Source: Nymphaea colorata
Taxonomy: Eukaryota
Reading direction: 5' to 3'
DNA length: 64,000 nt
Assembly (NCBI RefSeq): GCF_008831285.2
Contig: NC_045138.2
Coordinates: 23,808,001-23,872,000 of the forward strand
Position numbers and translations under genes: made by a program. Numbering within the stretch: the first letter of the stretch is position 1; each line of letters begins with the position of its first letter. The notes under the pieces were generated by a model. The model made no database searches, had not been told where the DNA came from, and was given only the letters and a program-made list of their open reading frames with translations. This document shows, one piece after another, positions 25,101 through 36,964 of the stretch.

Positions 25101-28100
25101 GATCCTGATCGAAGAAAGTCTATTTCTGGTTTTTGTATTTTCATTGGACGTAACCCTGTGTCCTGGAATTGTCGAAAGCAAAAAGCAGTGGCAAGATCCA
25201 GATTGAAGTTGAATACAGATGTATGGTTGCAGGTACTACTGAAGTTACATGGGTTAGACATTTGCTAGAGGACATTGGAGAAAAGATTAAAATATCAATG
25301 TTAATGTGTGATAATCAAAGTGCTATTAACATTGCTTTTAATCCCATACAACATGATTGAATAAAGCATATTGAGATTGATCAACATTTTATTAGACAAA
25401 AGGTGGAAGACAAGGAGATTCAACCTATTTATGTTCGTACAGATGAACAGGTCGCATACTTATTTAAAAAAAGGACTAACGAAGCAACGATTCTAGTCTC
25501 TAAAAGGCAAGTTGTACATGGTATAAAACCATATACAACTTGAGGGAGGACAATAAGATGTTGGGTCTAATCTAATCCGGATCCAACACGTCTAACTATG
25601 TTTGATCACATTTATCAAGCCATAGTCATGATTGTAATTTTTGTAGTTGTTTCATTCTAGACTCTAGATTATTGTGTTTGCTTCACTCTAGACTCTAGAT
25701 TATTGTGATTGTTTCATTCTAGGTTCTTGTAAATTGTGTAGAAGGATCATTATATAAATGGGCTGTGTGAGAATGTGTACACTCACCTCCCTTCCTCATT
25801 TCTCTTTTCTTGTTCTCTTAACATTTCCTTTGCTAAATCTGATTGTGGGCTATAGTTCGATATCCAAAATCTATCACTAAGTACTTTGAAAAATCTGTTC
25901 GTGGTGCAGATTTATTGGTTGTTGATTCTCTTTGTAACCGATTGTAACTAATTTGCAAGCCCTAGATGTTGAGCATAAAGGAGATACTCTTGGGGAATAT
26001 AAAGCCTTGCTGACTCATTTTCATATGGGCCTGTGGTTAAATTGGATGATATGAACTATGCAATGTGGTTGACGTGCTTTTATGATGTCTTTCTTCTGGC
26101 ATTGAAACAAACATATTTTATTTAAACCTCAACTAGCAGTAAAGACAGATAAATATGCTGCATAGGAAGAAAATAACAACGTTGTTATGTCATCAGCATG
26201 CAGCCTCACATAGCCAATGGTCTGATTTGTTATACCATAGCTTAACAAATGTGGGATAATCTCTGTGACATGGATTTCCAAGAGACAAATGTTAGTCAAG
26301 TTCTATATGCAAGCAAACAATCTATCAATTGCAACAAGGAGAGCAAACTTTAGTCAATATGGTGTTGTAAACCAGAGTCACCAAAAACATGTTTTTTTCC
26401 CCCAAAAAAAAACTTGTTTTATACTTCAGAAATCGGTCAGCTGTATGAAATTGCAAAAAGACCTATTTTTTAGAAAATCGACAAAAACAAATAAATCCAA
26501 AAGAACAGGAAAAAAATCACTTTTTTGTCATCTTTTTGCTTTCATTTTGCATTTTCTGTTAATGCATTTTCATTTTATTTTTAGGATTTTTCTTTTTAAT
26601 TTTCTAAAATATACCGAGATTTTATTGAGAAAAATAACCTTGCCATATTATACCCAAGAAAAACCTCACCATTTAAACCCCGTAAATGATATTTGTGATT
26701 GTGCTCTAAACAAGTCATTAAGAGCAAACTATGGTTGCCCAAGTTTTTGTGGGTCTATCATCTGAGTACTCAATTGTGAACGTTCAATTGTTGACCAGTT
26801 TTGATGTGCATACCCTCGCTGAAGCCTATAATTGTCTAAGCTGGCTGGCCATTACTCTTCCTCAAAGTCGAGTCATATTCTCTAATGTTGCCTCTTGTTG
26901 TCACTTCAAGTCATGGATGAGTTACTCAGGCTTTGAATATCCAAGGAAGAGGTCGTGTATGGGGAGTATAGGAAGATTCATATTACATACTATGGAAAGC
27001 CAGGACATCTTGAATATAGCTGCTGAGATAAAAGCGGACAACCATCCACATCATCTTCAAAGTTCAATGTCCCTAGAGCTCAAGATGCTAAAATTGGGAC
27101 AGAGTTTCCCAGCAGTGGTTTTAATGATTTTTTAACCTTGAATCGTGTAGAATATGATGAACTATTCTCCCTTCGGACTGCTAAGATGAGTGATATTGAC
27201 TGATGTAGCTAGTTTTGCCAGACCATTCCTCCCTTTCTTTCTCTCTCATCTCTCCCTTCTCTTTCCCTTCTACACCTTCTCTCCCACACTATGTAGTGAA
27301 AAGCGTGTTTAGGACTTCTTTGTCCTTCCTTGTCATTTATGTTTCTTCTTTTCACTGGTTTTGGCTTGCTTAATGCATTTGATTACATAGCTCTGAAGCT
27401 GTCTCTGCAGCTAAATGCTAGTACTCTTTGAGTATTAAATAGAGGGAGCAGCCATTTGTGGTTGTGTGGAGGGACAATTCTGGGAAAGGTTCTTGGTTTA
27501 GAGAGGGGAAAAGGACATGAGTCTGAGACTGATAAAGAAACATTACAATCATCCAGCTTAGGGTTAGGGAGTGTGAGCCTTTTAAAATAAAACTGTCAGA
27601 GGATGAACATGTGTGCCTTCTCGAAAAAGCATGACATTTAAACTGTTAAATTGTTCTTTATTTTTCACGGAGACAGAGTCTAGAAAATTTATATTTCATT
27701 GGTCCAGACCTCTTTGAATGTAGAAGTGCTACATACTTTTGCTTGTGAGATATGGTTGTATATTGCTTAATAACATGATCTCTTATTACTCAGTGGAAAA
27801 ATATTAAACTCCGTGTTGTCTGTTTTTGCCTAAACATGAATGTTTAAGGCTTTTAGTAGTGAAAAAATTAAATGACACAAATAACTTAATGATAGAAAAA
27901 ACAGGTTTTGTAAAACTTCTTCAAATCAAAGTTCATAATGCCCTTCTGTTTCACTTAAATTGGTATCTGTTTCACTTAAATAAGTTGCAATAAACATATC
28001 GAAGATTGATGTTCTTTTTTGTACAATTGATAAGTAATTTGAAATTAGGATATTTTGAAAATGTTATGTGAAAAGAACATGGGAGCTTCATTGTTGTGAT

Positions 28101-28434
28101 TATCACTTACTCAGTTTTTATTAAATATAATTGCATTCGTAAAAATATTGTCAATATGGTCATCGTCTTTATATTATTGAATTATTGTTAACAAGCTCAG
28201 ATTTTATTTCCTATCATGTCTTGCATGTTTCTCTATCCTTTTTGTTCTTCTTTAGTATCATATTACCCTAGTTCCTGGGTTTATTTAACAAGGAAAATCA
28301 AAATGCATGTGAATATGCTGACCTCAAACCTGGCCTGTCAAGTTTGAGCATGGAAAACCATCTATTTGCAGGTCTCCCCATTGTTGGAAGGATCTGCTCG
28401 CCAGTGGCTCTGGGACAACACAAGACCACTTTGA
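311..28434 (+). CDS. APP2: Xaa-Pro aminopeptidase (aminopeptidase P, peptidase M24B), 5'-partial; 10 coding exons in window
   Basis: GT-AG exons joined in frame: 311-586 ([11 protein letters not shown]...[10 protein letters not shown]), 4574-4746 ([10 protein letters not shown]...), 4920-5198 (LAEKG...[15 protein letters not shown]), 5670-5821 ([14 protein letters not shown]...DTSFDTIS), 16865-17055 ([12 protein letters not shown]...[18 protein letters not shown]...FTRVLQ), 17482-17590 ([11 protein letters not shown]...GLDYRH), 19583-19737 ([17 protein letters not shown]...[16 protein letters not shown]), 21367-21459 (NLL...LTFVPIQ), 22842-22922 (AKLVDLSLL...YHSEVWDK), 28372-28434 ([20 protein letters not shown]). 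The M24 metal ligands D, D, H, E, E are all present. From memory the closest match is Arabidopsis aminopeptidase P2; the symbol is tentative. Confidence 0.95.
1110..1187. repeat. compound (CT)n(AT)n microsatellite
   Basis: Directly visible run in the first intron. Confidence 0.95.
3020..3385. mobile_element. hAT-type MITE
   Basis: Terminal inverted repeats TTATGTCACA...TGTGACATAG, flanked by a perfect 8-bp target-site duplication GTTTGGAC (3012-3019 and 3386-3393). GGGTGCG-rich subtermini. Confidence 0.85.
6383..6661 (+). mobile_element. LTR plus primer-binding site of outer copia-like element D
   Basis: TG...CA segment ending at 6652, followed by TGGTATCAG (tRNA-iMet PBS). Internal 25-bp tandem duplication TTTACCCTAATTTAATAGTTAATGG. 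Shares the motif ATCGTGGTTTTTTCC with the neighbouring LTR. Left edge approximate. Confidence 0.6.
6680..7340 (+). mobile_element. LTR retrotransposon C: 5' LTR (6680-6908), PBS and truncated GC-rich leader
   Basis: TGTTGA...TTCAACA followed by TGGTATCAGTGCC. The leader has about 28-bp tandem units (GCCAGTCGCCCGATGCCACTCC..., about 7090-7225). A homologous LTR lies inverted at 15776-16007. Confidence 0.75.
7341..12534 (+). mobile_element. Ty1/copia retrotransposon A, near full length, gag-pol disrupted
   Basis: Truncated 5' LTR 7341-7457 plus PBS TGGTATCAAAGCC. gag from 8255 ([12 protein letters not shown]; zinc knuckle [14 protein letters not shown]), protease [13 protein letters not shown]-pre-integrase WHLKLGHPS, integrase, RT ([18 protein letters not shown]), RNase H (SDADYA...[11 protein letters not shown]) ending 12353. 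PPT GAGGGGGAG, then 3' LTR TG...CA 12361-12534. Several stops and frameshifts, including a 19-bp tandem duplication at 11504-11541. Confidence 0.95.
12535..15472 (-). mobile_element. Ty1/copia retrotransposon B, 5' half only (LTR, gag, protease, integrase)
   Basis: LTR 15472-15145 (TGATAAG...TTACA) and PBS TGGTATCAGAGC (15144-15133). Frameshifted gag ([14 protein letters not shown]), protease [10 protein letters not shown], integrase (CELCKSH...SDVWGP...[12 protein letters not shown]). Stops abruptly at the 3' LTR of element A; no RT or RNase H on this strand. Confidence 0.92.
15473..16007 (-). mobile_element. LTR retrotransposon C' (same family as C): LTR, PBS and leader
   Basis: LTR 16007-15776 reads TGTTGACGTG...TTCAACA on the minus strand, followed by TGGTATCAGAGCC. 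Alignable by eye with 6680-6908. The GC-rich leader is interrupted by element B. Confidence 0.8.
16010..16350 (+). mobile_element. degenerate copia gag fragment, probably the continuation of element D
   Basis: Broken reading gives [25 protein letters not shown]...[12 protein letters not shown]...[17 protein letters not shown]...KWEELDYY, typical of the copia gag (UBN2-type) N-terminus. Confidence 0.7.
21592..21906. mobile_element. hAT-type MITE, same family as 3020-3385
   Basis: Ends CTATGTCTCA...TGTGACATGG; 8-bp flanks AAAATGTC / AAAATTTC (7/8 match); shares GGGTGCG and (GT)CGACACG subterminal motifs. Confidence 0.75.
23602..27220 (+). mobile_element. degenerate copia element E, related to A (LTR, PBS, leader, broken gag), with nested insertions
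   Basis: LTR TGTTAG...TTCAACA 23602-23790 shares GGACT.TTTTTGTAA / CTAATCTCTTTTAA / ATTAGGGTTA with the LTR of A; PBS TGGTATCAAAGC. gag remnants from about 26000; ORF 26731 [22 protein letters not shown] aligns with A's [22 protein letters not shown]. Right edge approximate. Confidence 0.75.
24218..25876 (+). mobile_element. Ty1/copia B-family 3' half (RT, RNase H, PPT, 3' LTR) nested in element E
   Basis: [64 protein letters not shown] 25551-25876 is homologous to the reverse complement of 15145-15472. Confidence 0.9.
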
Positions 28435-30628
28435 TTCCCTTCATTGATGCTGTTTATTCCTTTCTCTGGTCTTTTCTATTTCAATTAGGCCTAGATACTG
28501 TGCAAATTACCTTCTTCAAGCCCCGTGAATGCATATCTGTTGTATTTATATTTTCTAATGTCACCTAACTACTTTCTTCTCTAGGGAATGTGAAACAACC
28601 AAGGTTCTTTCTTCTGAATTCAGAATTTCACATGTAGTTGATTCGGCATTAAGAAACTTGTACAGATTTTTTCATAAATGAAAAACTGCTTCATGGCTTC
28701 GCACATGGTGTCATTTCCTTGAGGTAGTGGTGATCATTTTTGTCTGTGTGTGAGAGAGGAAAAACCCCCTATGGATTGTATGCAACAGGAATCTGCCAAA
28801 CAGTTCTTTTAACTGCTCTTCTTTCCATTCGCTCGACAGAAGGTCCGCCAAACATAAAAAATACTGTATGTTTCACGTCAGCACCCATTGAATACCACAA
28901 AGCTTACTTCAGTTACCATCTCTTTTCTAGCCACCGTAGGGTTTGCACCACCTCCTGCAGATTGTTGTGCTCGGAAATAGGCAAGGCATCCTTATACGAG
29001 TCTCTGACAGGCTCTAGCGTTTGCTTGTTAAATATACTTTAATGCTCTCTTTGGAAGCTCAAAGATGGGAAGGCATCTCTACATAACTGGCGAGTATGAA
29101 GTCGCCCATTTTAGGCGCAGTACTTGGGATGCTCAAGTGCTCTTGCCAGTTCCATCGGAGAGGTGTCTTTGCTTGGTTGGAAAATGAACTGTTCAGCTTG
29201 TGATCAGGCATGGCTCAGCCCAGGAACACGCATGCTTTAATCACGAACGATGCCAAACTTTCTTTGTATGTAAAGCTTGACATAATCCCCGTATTTTCAA
29301 TGCAAGCCGCTGGCAAATTGCCTTCAGTTTATTGATAAAATAGTTATGTTAGAGGGGCTGCATCTAGCTTGCTAAAAGATCAAGTTGTTAGTTCCTTAAT
29401 TGTGCAAATGTTAATAACTAAGAAGACGAAGAACTGACTATTCAAATCGTCCATGGGTGCCATTGTAGATATCTAATGAAGACAAAGGCTTGCTTTGCTA
29501 TGAGAGGGCCGCTCCTCGAGATTTTGAACCTGTACAGCATTAGATTAACCCGAAGAAAATCAATTCCCATTCGGTTGGCCATCTAAACCAACCGTCCATA
29601 TGATACCTCGATCTACACTTGAACTTAGTTCGAAGGCTTTCCTCTACGATATGGGAAAGGCAACTGATGAATCATGCAGCGTTGCCGCTATCTCGGCTCA
29701 CTTAGACATAAACCATGAAAACTCATTCTTCATGAATGCTGTTTGAAGGTTAAGCTTTAAACAGGCGTGCCACACCAATTCCATTCAAAGACAGGCTTCA
29801 GCTCTTGTTACCTCCATGCTGTTGGTAGAAGACCCGCCACTTGGTTGCCGTTTGCAGTGGTGTAGGAGGGGAATGTGGATCCGTTGGGAAAACCTATGAA
29901 TTCCCAGGTGATGAAGAAAAAGGTTATTCTCCGTCACTTGCTTAGACACTTCCTTTTCAGTTTGATTCTATTTTGGATCTTCAACACGTTGACGCATGGA
30001 AGAACGCTGGTGGATCAATTCTCATATATCACTAGTAGTTTTGTCTTGCATGAAAGAGATTCCAAAAGTATTCTCAGTAAAAATTATCAATGGGAAAACC
30101 ATGCGCCAAATTCTAATTAACAAGCTCTTATTAGTAGTAAGACCAGGTCGAATACAGAGAAAAAGGTTAACCTTTTGTGTTCCTAACAAATCAAACTCTT
30201 TATCACCTCAAATAAAAAGTAGAAATAAAGGTGCTACAGACATATTAGAAAGATAATCCAGGATTAGATATAGAGTAAAATACAACTTGATAAACATATT
30301 GGGTTAATCCCCTATATTTGTGAAAGCTTCTAAAATATGCTGTAGGACTAAATCTCATTGCTCATGTTCGTATAGGTGCACCCCAGTCAGCTCATTGCTC
30401 ATTTGCTTTGTTCCACTTTCGTAATTCCTATAACAAATAAACAAAAAGCTAAATGAGAAGCAGAAGAAAAAAAGATGAAAGAAGACCAAAGCAAGCAGTG
30501 AAGTTCTTTAAAACTACATATGATCTAAGCAGTTTAGGTACCTTGGCAGCCTATTCTCCTACTGACCACCGTAGGACCCTAATACTTTCGACTTTAATAG
30601 AAAATATAATGAAAATATGGGTAAAAAT

Positions 30629-30659
<31 letters not shown>

Positions 30660-31344
30660 ATGCATAGGATCTTTCTACCCGTGGCAGCTTCTCCACCTCC
30701 ATGCACGGCTGATTTTTTGCTCCTCCACCTCTTGCAGCATTTGTAAATCTTTCTGTCTCTCTCTTGCTTGCTCCCTGAAGCCAGAGGGAGGCTTTCTATC
30801 TATGTCGAGAAGCAGAGACCCTCTTTGTTGTATCTGGTAGGAGCGAGCCCCCTTCTGACCAGAGTGTCTCAATAGGCAGAAGGCATGCCAAGCCCCTCGA
30901 TTGCTCCATTTCAACATCAAATATCGCCCATTGGTGGCTCGAACACTGTCGAGATAGCAGAAATGGCCCCACATTCCTGTCTTTGCCCCTATTGTTTCGA
31001 TTTGCAACAAAGACAACAGAAGAGCATTGAAGGACCTACCATGCTATCACAGTTGTCGTCGAGACAGTTGGGTCCCAATCACCATTGAAGCTCCCGACCG
31101 TGATCTAAAGACGACTCCCCCTTTGTCTACAGCATGGGCCAGAGACAGTAGCGAGGGACCTGGCGCTATCTCGATGGCTGTGGAGGCTATGTGAAGAACC
31201 AAATTTTTCACGATAAAAAATGACCATTTACTCCATTCATTCAATTTTATTGCCATTTTCTATAATTGGTTCCAAACTATCTAGACCTTAAAGGGGTGTC
31301 AAACTAGCACAAGTTGACCCAAGTCCAAACCTGTAACTCGGGCC

Positions 31345-31745
31345 TATCGATGTTAATATATCATATTTGAATCAGATATCCGATCAAATCGATTCACAAA
31401 AAATTAGATATGAAAAGAAAATTAATATCCAATTAAGAAATCAAATTAGATTTAGATTTAAAAAATGACATTTGCTCGGATTCTAAACAGATTTATTTTT
31501 AGACAAATATCTTCTATCTACCACTGCCCTTACATGTTGAAAATTGACAAATTTGGTTCAAAATTCGGATTTGGATATGAATATAAAAATCAAATTCAGA
31601 TGGAATTCGAATTGTAAAATCAGATCTGAGATTCGGATATAAATATATTTTTCTTTCAAATCTAAATTCAAATATGAATATGTGAATATTCAAAAAAATA
31701 AATATGATTAAGAGTATATCTAATAAGAATTGAATCCACTAACTG
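31345..31745. mobile_element. AT-rich non-autonomous DNA transposon (hAT/MITE-like)
   Basis: Rich in (A)TTCGGAT / ATCCGA(T) subrepeats; an inverted relative lies at about 55483-55919. Confidence 0.6.
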
Positions 31746-32846
31746 TGATTTTGAGTCCCAAAATGCTACCCAGATCCCCCCCTACCCATGAGGGTGTTGG
31801 GCTCCAGCACGAACGTCCTACGTGTTAGGGCATAGGGACGTCAGAGTGCGACCTGACACCTCCCCAACTAGAAGATTTTTTTGTTTAGTCCTTGTGTCAG
31901 CTGGTTGCTTTTACCAGGAAATGATTACATGATTGTTGGCATCAACCATTTCATATACTCATCTGGAAAACATAGATTACGAGAAATCTATGGTTCATAA
32001 AGTTGAAAATGAAGGAAAATATGATATGGACTGTTTGTTTCGAATCACAGGAACTGAATAATGTAGAGGATCAACAAATCACTCGAGCATTACAGATTCA
32101 GCTAGACAGTCTTGTTGACAGATGGCTTATTCTAGTCCACAAGAATGGGTCATACAGCAAGCAAGGAATTGCCTTTAGTGTAAGACATGCATTTTGATGG
32201 CTGGCATAGTTTTGCAGGAACAGAGTACAAATAAAGCTGACGACATCTTGTTATCACTCTTTATACCTTAAAAAATGAACTTTTCATTCTCCAAAAGAAA
32301 AAGAATCCATAAGTTTTTACTCCTTAGTTTATGCTTTTCAGTTTTCAGTAGATCAAACGAATATTCAAAAATCAATGTTTGTTACAGAATTTGATTGTCA
32401 GGCCCAGAATGGTACCTTAGCCCAAATGTCATATTGTGACCTGTCACACCTTTGACCATGTCATATTTGTGAACAGCCATGCAAACTGAAAAACATCCCC
32501 ATTGCTCTTACAGCCAAAATACACTTCATAGGTAAAGTAATTAACAAATAGTAAATTATCACAACAAAATTACCTTAACATGTACTTTATAGAGATACTA
32601 AGTATAAAAGGCAGAACCCATTGGAGCTTTTCATGCTCTTTGGATGTAGAAACATGCTTCAGATTTGAAGACATATGATTGGATTTTCCTGTAGATACAA
32701 TCCAACCATCCGTAGTTTTTCTAGGGACAAGGGCAAGATGATTGCGTATTAGTGTCATTGGAAATTTGGAATGGTTCTTAGAAAATATATGGGCCTTGTT
32801 GATCTACCGGAAACCCTTGCTAAATCATCCCTAGAGACAATTTACG

Positions 32847-33245
32847 CAGTGTCACAGATATCAAGATATTTTTGGAAATATTGTGATATTTACAACTAAA
32901 AATAAAAAAGATAAAAAATCATGAAAAAATCGTGATATTTTGAAAAAAAAAGGAAAATATATTTATTGTGTTATTTTCGCTATTTTTCCCCATTTTTTCT
33001 CCTTTTAAAGTTAGATATCATCAAGGATACAAATTTAAACTTAAATTAAATTATTTTTCATCATTTTTATCATCATCAAACATTGTTTTTAGTTTTTATC
33101 ACTTTTATCTAGTTTTATTTATGTTTTCTTTTAGTTTCTTATTCATTTCATATTTACCTAATTGTTTGAAATTTTTTCATTTTTTAAAGTATCTCAAGTT
33201 CTTCCTGAGGAAAACGACTTCCCAAGTATGATCTTTGTGACAATG
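32847..33245. mobile_element. hAT-like MITE
   Basis: Ends CAGTGTCACAGAT...ATCTTTGTGACAATG; A-rich then T-rich interior; flanks AATTTACG / AATTTGAG are a partial 8-bp duplication. Confidence 0.55.
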
Positions 33246-36200
33246 AATTTGAGCATTTTCATGTTTCAGAGTCTAAATTTTTAGGATGACCAATAAGGTC
33301 CTAGAACTGTTTCCACGAGTGGCCATATTTCTTACAACAAGTGCCAAGCCTAGTTCCTGGTTTTCAAATATTATTTCTTTTTCTTATTGGCCACTAACAC
33401 TTGATTGGAAGACATGATAGCATGAAACACAAGTTTTACCAATTCATGGTCAGTCGCATATCCTCAATCCTCATAACATTTTGACCCTTTTGTTCATGTT
33501 GTATAGTAGAAAAATGTAATTAAAAGAAGTAAGAAATGTAATCATCAATACCTAGCTTTTCATGTCATCATAAGCTTCACCAAGATGAGCTCCGACGTTG
33601 AAGATTTGATCCTCCTGCAATTGTTGTTGAAGTATATCAAGACCAAAGGTTAGGTGACAACGTTGAAGAAGATAGATGAGGTCAGCATCAAAACACTGGA
33701 GAAGGAGAAGAAGAGGTGAGAGAAGTGTCCCTTGGCTTCAAATCCACCAAACAGATAGGGAAATTTGACTTTGCATGTATTATGCCAGGAAAGTCATCTA
33801 ATACCTACATTGTGTGGTTCTCCTGCAAAGTTGTACTTGGAACTTGGAAGCTCCAGTCTAATAGCAAAGACATTCATCAATGAATCTCATCAATCTAAGA
33901 GCTGCAATAGAAGCAGTACATTGCACCACCTGTACTACAAACAAAAAGAAAATGCTTTTAGAAGCTTGACTCATCATATCACCACACTGCACTGCAACAC
34001 TGCTATTGGCAGCATGACAAGTAACATAAAAATGAGGCTAGCTAGCTGTAACGGACACAATGAGCTAGGAAACAAAAAACATAGGAAACAAGACTGATAA
34101 GTAGAAGATATTAGAGTCTCACAGAACTCAAGTCAACAATGGACCAATGTCAGGCATGACTTATTTAATAATTCAAAGAGCCTTAGTTGATCATTTGACT
34201 ATGCTCACTCCGGTATATATCATGATGTTCATGCTTAGGTGACAGAAAAAATCCCAACTTCCTAACCTGAACAATTAAGGCTATTTCAAATCAATAGAGA
34301 GCTTTGTAGAAGATGACGACATTTAGAATATTAAAAGATGAGGTGAGGCATAAAAAAAAAAACTTAAATCACTTGGAGGCACTTCTTTACCGTGGGATTC
34401 TGAGCCCGGAGTTAGACTAAACCCTACCATCAATTGACTGCAAGCATAAATTGTATAGATCCTTTAGACGAAATCTGAATTCAAGTGTCCATTTGCTATA
34501 GTTCAAGAAAGAATAGCATTACCATCCAAGTATGGAAGATTCATTATAATATCAAAAGTATATGAAAGGAAAAGTTCTAAGCCAAATGAACCTGACAAGA
34601 AAATATAAATTTTCTGCTTTGTTTTTATCCCACTTCAGTCATTTAGTATGTAACAAATTGTCGTTATAGAAACATATATTCACTGTGCAAACTAAGCATA
34701 TGTAACTTCTCCCAACTGTTTGAAATTTTATACCAGCATACAAGACAAATCTTAGATCCTCATCTATCCAATGTCAAATGTCAATAGGCATATAACTATC
34801 AATAGACATATAACTGCAGAAAAACATAGAACTTTAGTAAGGCAACATAAACCAATACTTGAGTGAATTTCCGACTGCCATAAAGTTGAACACATGCATT
34901 GATATAGTATTGTCGTACACTGAAAAGGGAAAATCTCAACAACACAACGTCTATTGAAATCTGCCACCAGAATGCTGCAACTTTAAATAATTTCCAGTGT
35001 TTGGTATATCTAACCTACATAACTACATGCGTCTGATTCTGCATTTGTTTGCATGGATTCATAGAAAGGCGGGTAGTTAGGACTTAGGAGTTAGGATTCA
35101 TCGGAATTATTTGACAATTCATGAAGAGAAAACATTCAATTCTTGATTCAGCGTTCCCATCAATGATATTCTGCAACCTTCATGTTCAGGAATGGCTTGA
35201 ATAGTCCCATACATTTCTTCGAATATACTCGATAAAAAACAAAACGCCAGCATAAAGGTAAGGAATTAAAATCAGAACATAGATATAGTCCTTTCTTGAA
35301 CACAAAAATCGCAAATACAATGGCAGACATACAATTTGGCAAACACAAGCAATATCAAAAAATGATACATCATAACTTGACAATTGTTTTAAAGGATTGC
35401 CAAAAAAAAAGGAAAAAAAAATCACTGTACCTTAAGGGAAAGGTAAAAATTTATAAATAAAAACGAAATGAATCAAATTAATCATCAGGGTTTGCAGATC
35501 AGCAGACAATCACGTCAAATCCTTGCACAGCTCAAAAAGATTGACATCCACATTACTGAGAAAAGTGAATCCAGGGTAGCAACTTAGTGGAAGAGAATTG
35601 AGAATAGACAACAAAATATACATATACATGATCCCCCATTCTTTTTTTCCTTTCTTGCTTTGGTCAGAACAAGATCTGAACCAAATCCCACATGCACACA
35701 TGACAAAAGGACTGGAGAACGAGTAATGACTCCATCCTGCTGGAGCCATCCTAAGCCTAGGTGCCCTGGATCAGACATCATGCAAGAGAGGGAGTGACAG
35801 CGAATACCTGGTACCTTTGTTGGTGGTGGGACTCTAACGAAGATGTCCAAAGAGGAAGTGCTTGTCATCCTAATAGTGTGGGAAAATGCAGGGATTTGCT
35901 CCTGCCTAGAATTCCTCCAGACGCAAAGAGAGAGGGGTGAAGAGACAGAGAGTCACATGATGCAGGGTAGCCGGCTTCTCTTCTCTACCTCCTCCTTGCA
36001 TCGAGAATGGTGCAGCTGTAACGGACAAAAGGTGGGGAGAGAGAGAAATGGTAGCACGCAGCAGTGGGCCATGGCAGCGGGCTTTTCTTCTCTTCTCCTT
36101 CCTCCACCTCCTTGCAGCGACAATGGTGAAGCTGTAGTGAACAAAATGTGAAGGGAGAGAGAGAGAGAGGGGTAGAGTAGACAATGGCAGAGGCAAACGT

Positions 36201-36964
36201 CATGGCTTTCAGCAAGGCACGCAGTGATGGTGAGAGCAGGTGACAACCGGGGAGAAAGCACCTCCACTTCACACTCGAACTGTCTGAGTTGATGAGGCTT
36301 TTGAGACCTGCGCTCACACTTGGTCAATGAGAACCCACTGGTCTTAATGTATCCTGCGGCCGAGAGGTTGATTCCCCAAGTAGAATATTATTAGTTTTTG
36401 ACCAAGAAAAGGAAAAAAGATAACGACAATAAAAAAAAATAAGTTAAGACCATGATAATGAGTTACAATATTCAAAAGGTGGGCATTGGTGGGACATGAA
36501 GAAACGTGTAGGGATTCTTGTGACCGCCCCACCAAATAAAATAAATCAATAAATTATTAAAAGAAAGAAGATAAAAAAGAAAAAGAATAGTGCATGCACC
36601 CAGCTGGGCACTTTTATATTAAAAAAAAAGGTACTTGCACCAATTATTCAAGATAATCGATCTCATTTTCTCTCGGCAAGTGTGAACAAGCCTCCAACCT
36701 GAAGATGCGTAATAAATACGTACTTGGGGTGTGCAATAAATATGAAGCAATTAATCCTTCCCATCTATAACCATTTTAAAACTAAGAGAGGGAATTAAAA
36801 ACTGGAGGAAGAATATCTGTTAAATTTATGTGCCCTGTTTGAAATTTATGCAAGGACCTCGTGTGCATGTGCGCAGGAGACCGGAGTAACAGAGAAAAAT
36901 CTGTTGGAGCAGACGTGGGCTTTGAGATATTTCTGAGTTCCATTATGCTCATTGACATGCATGT

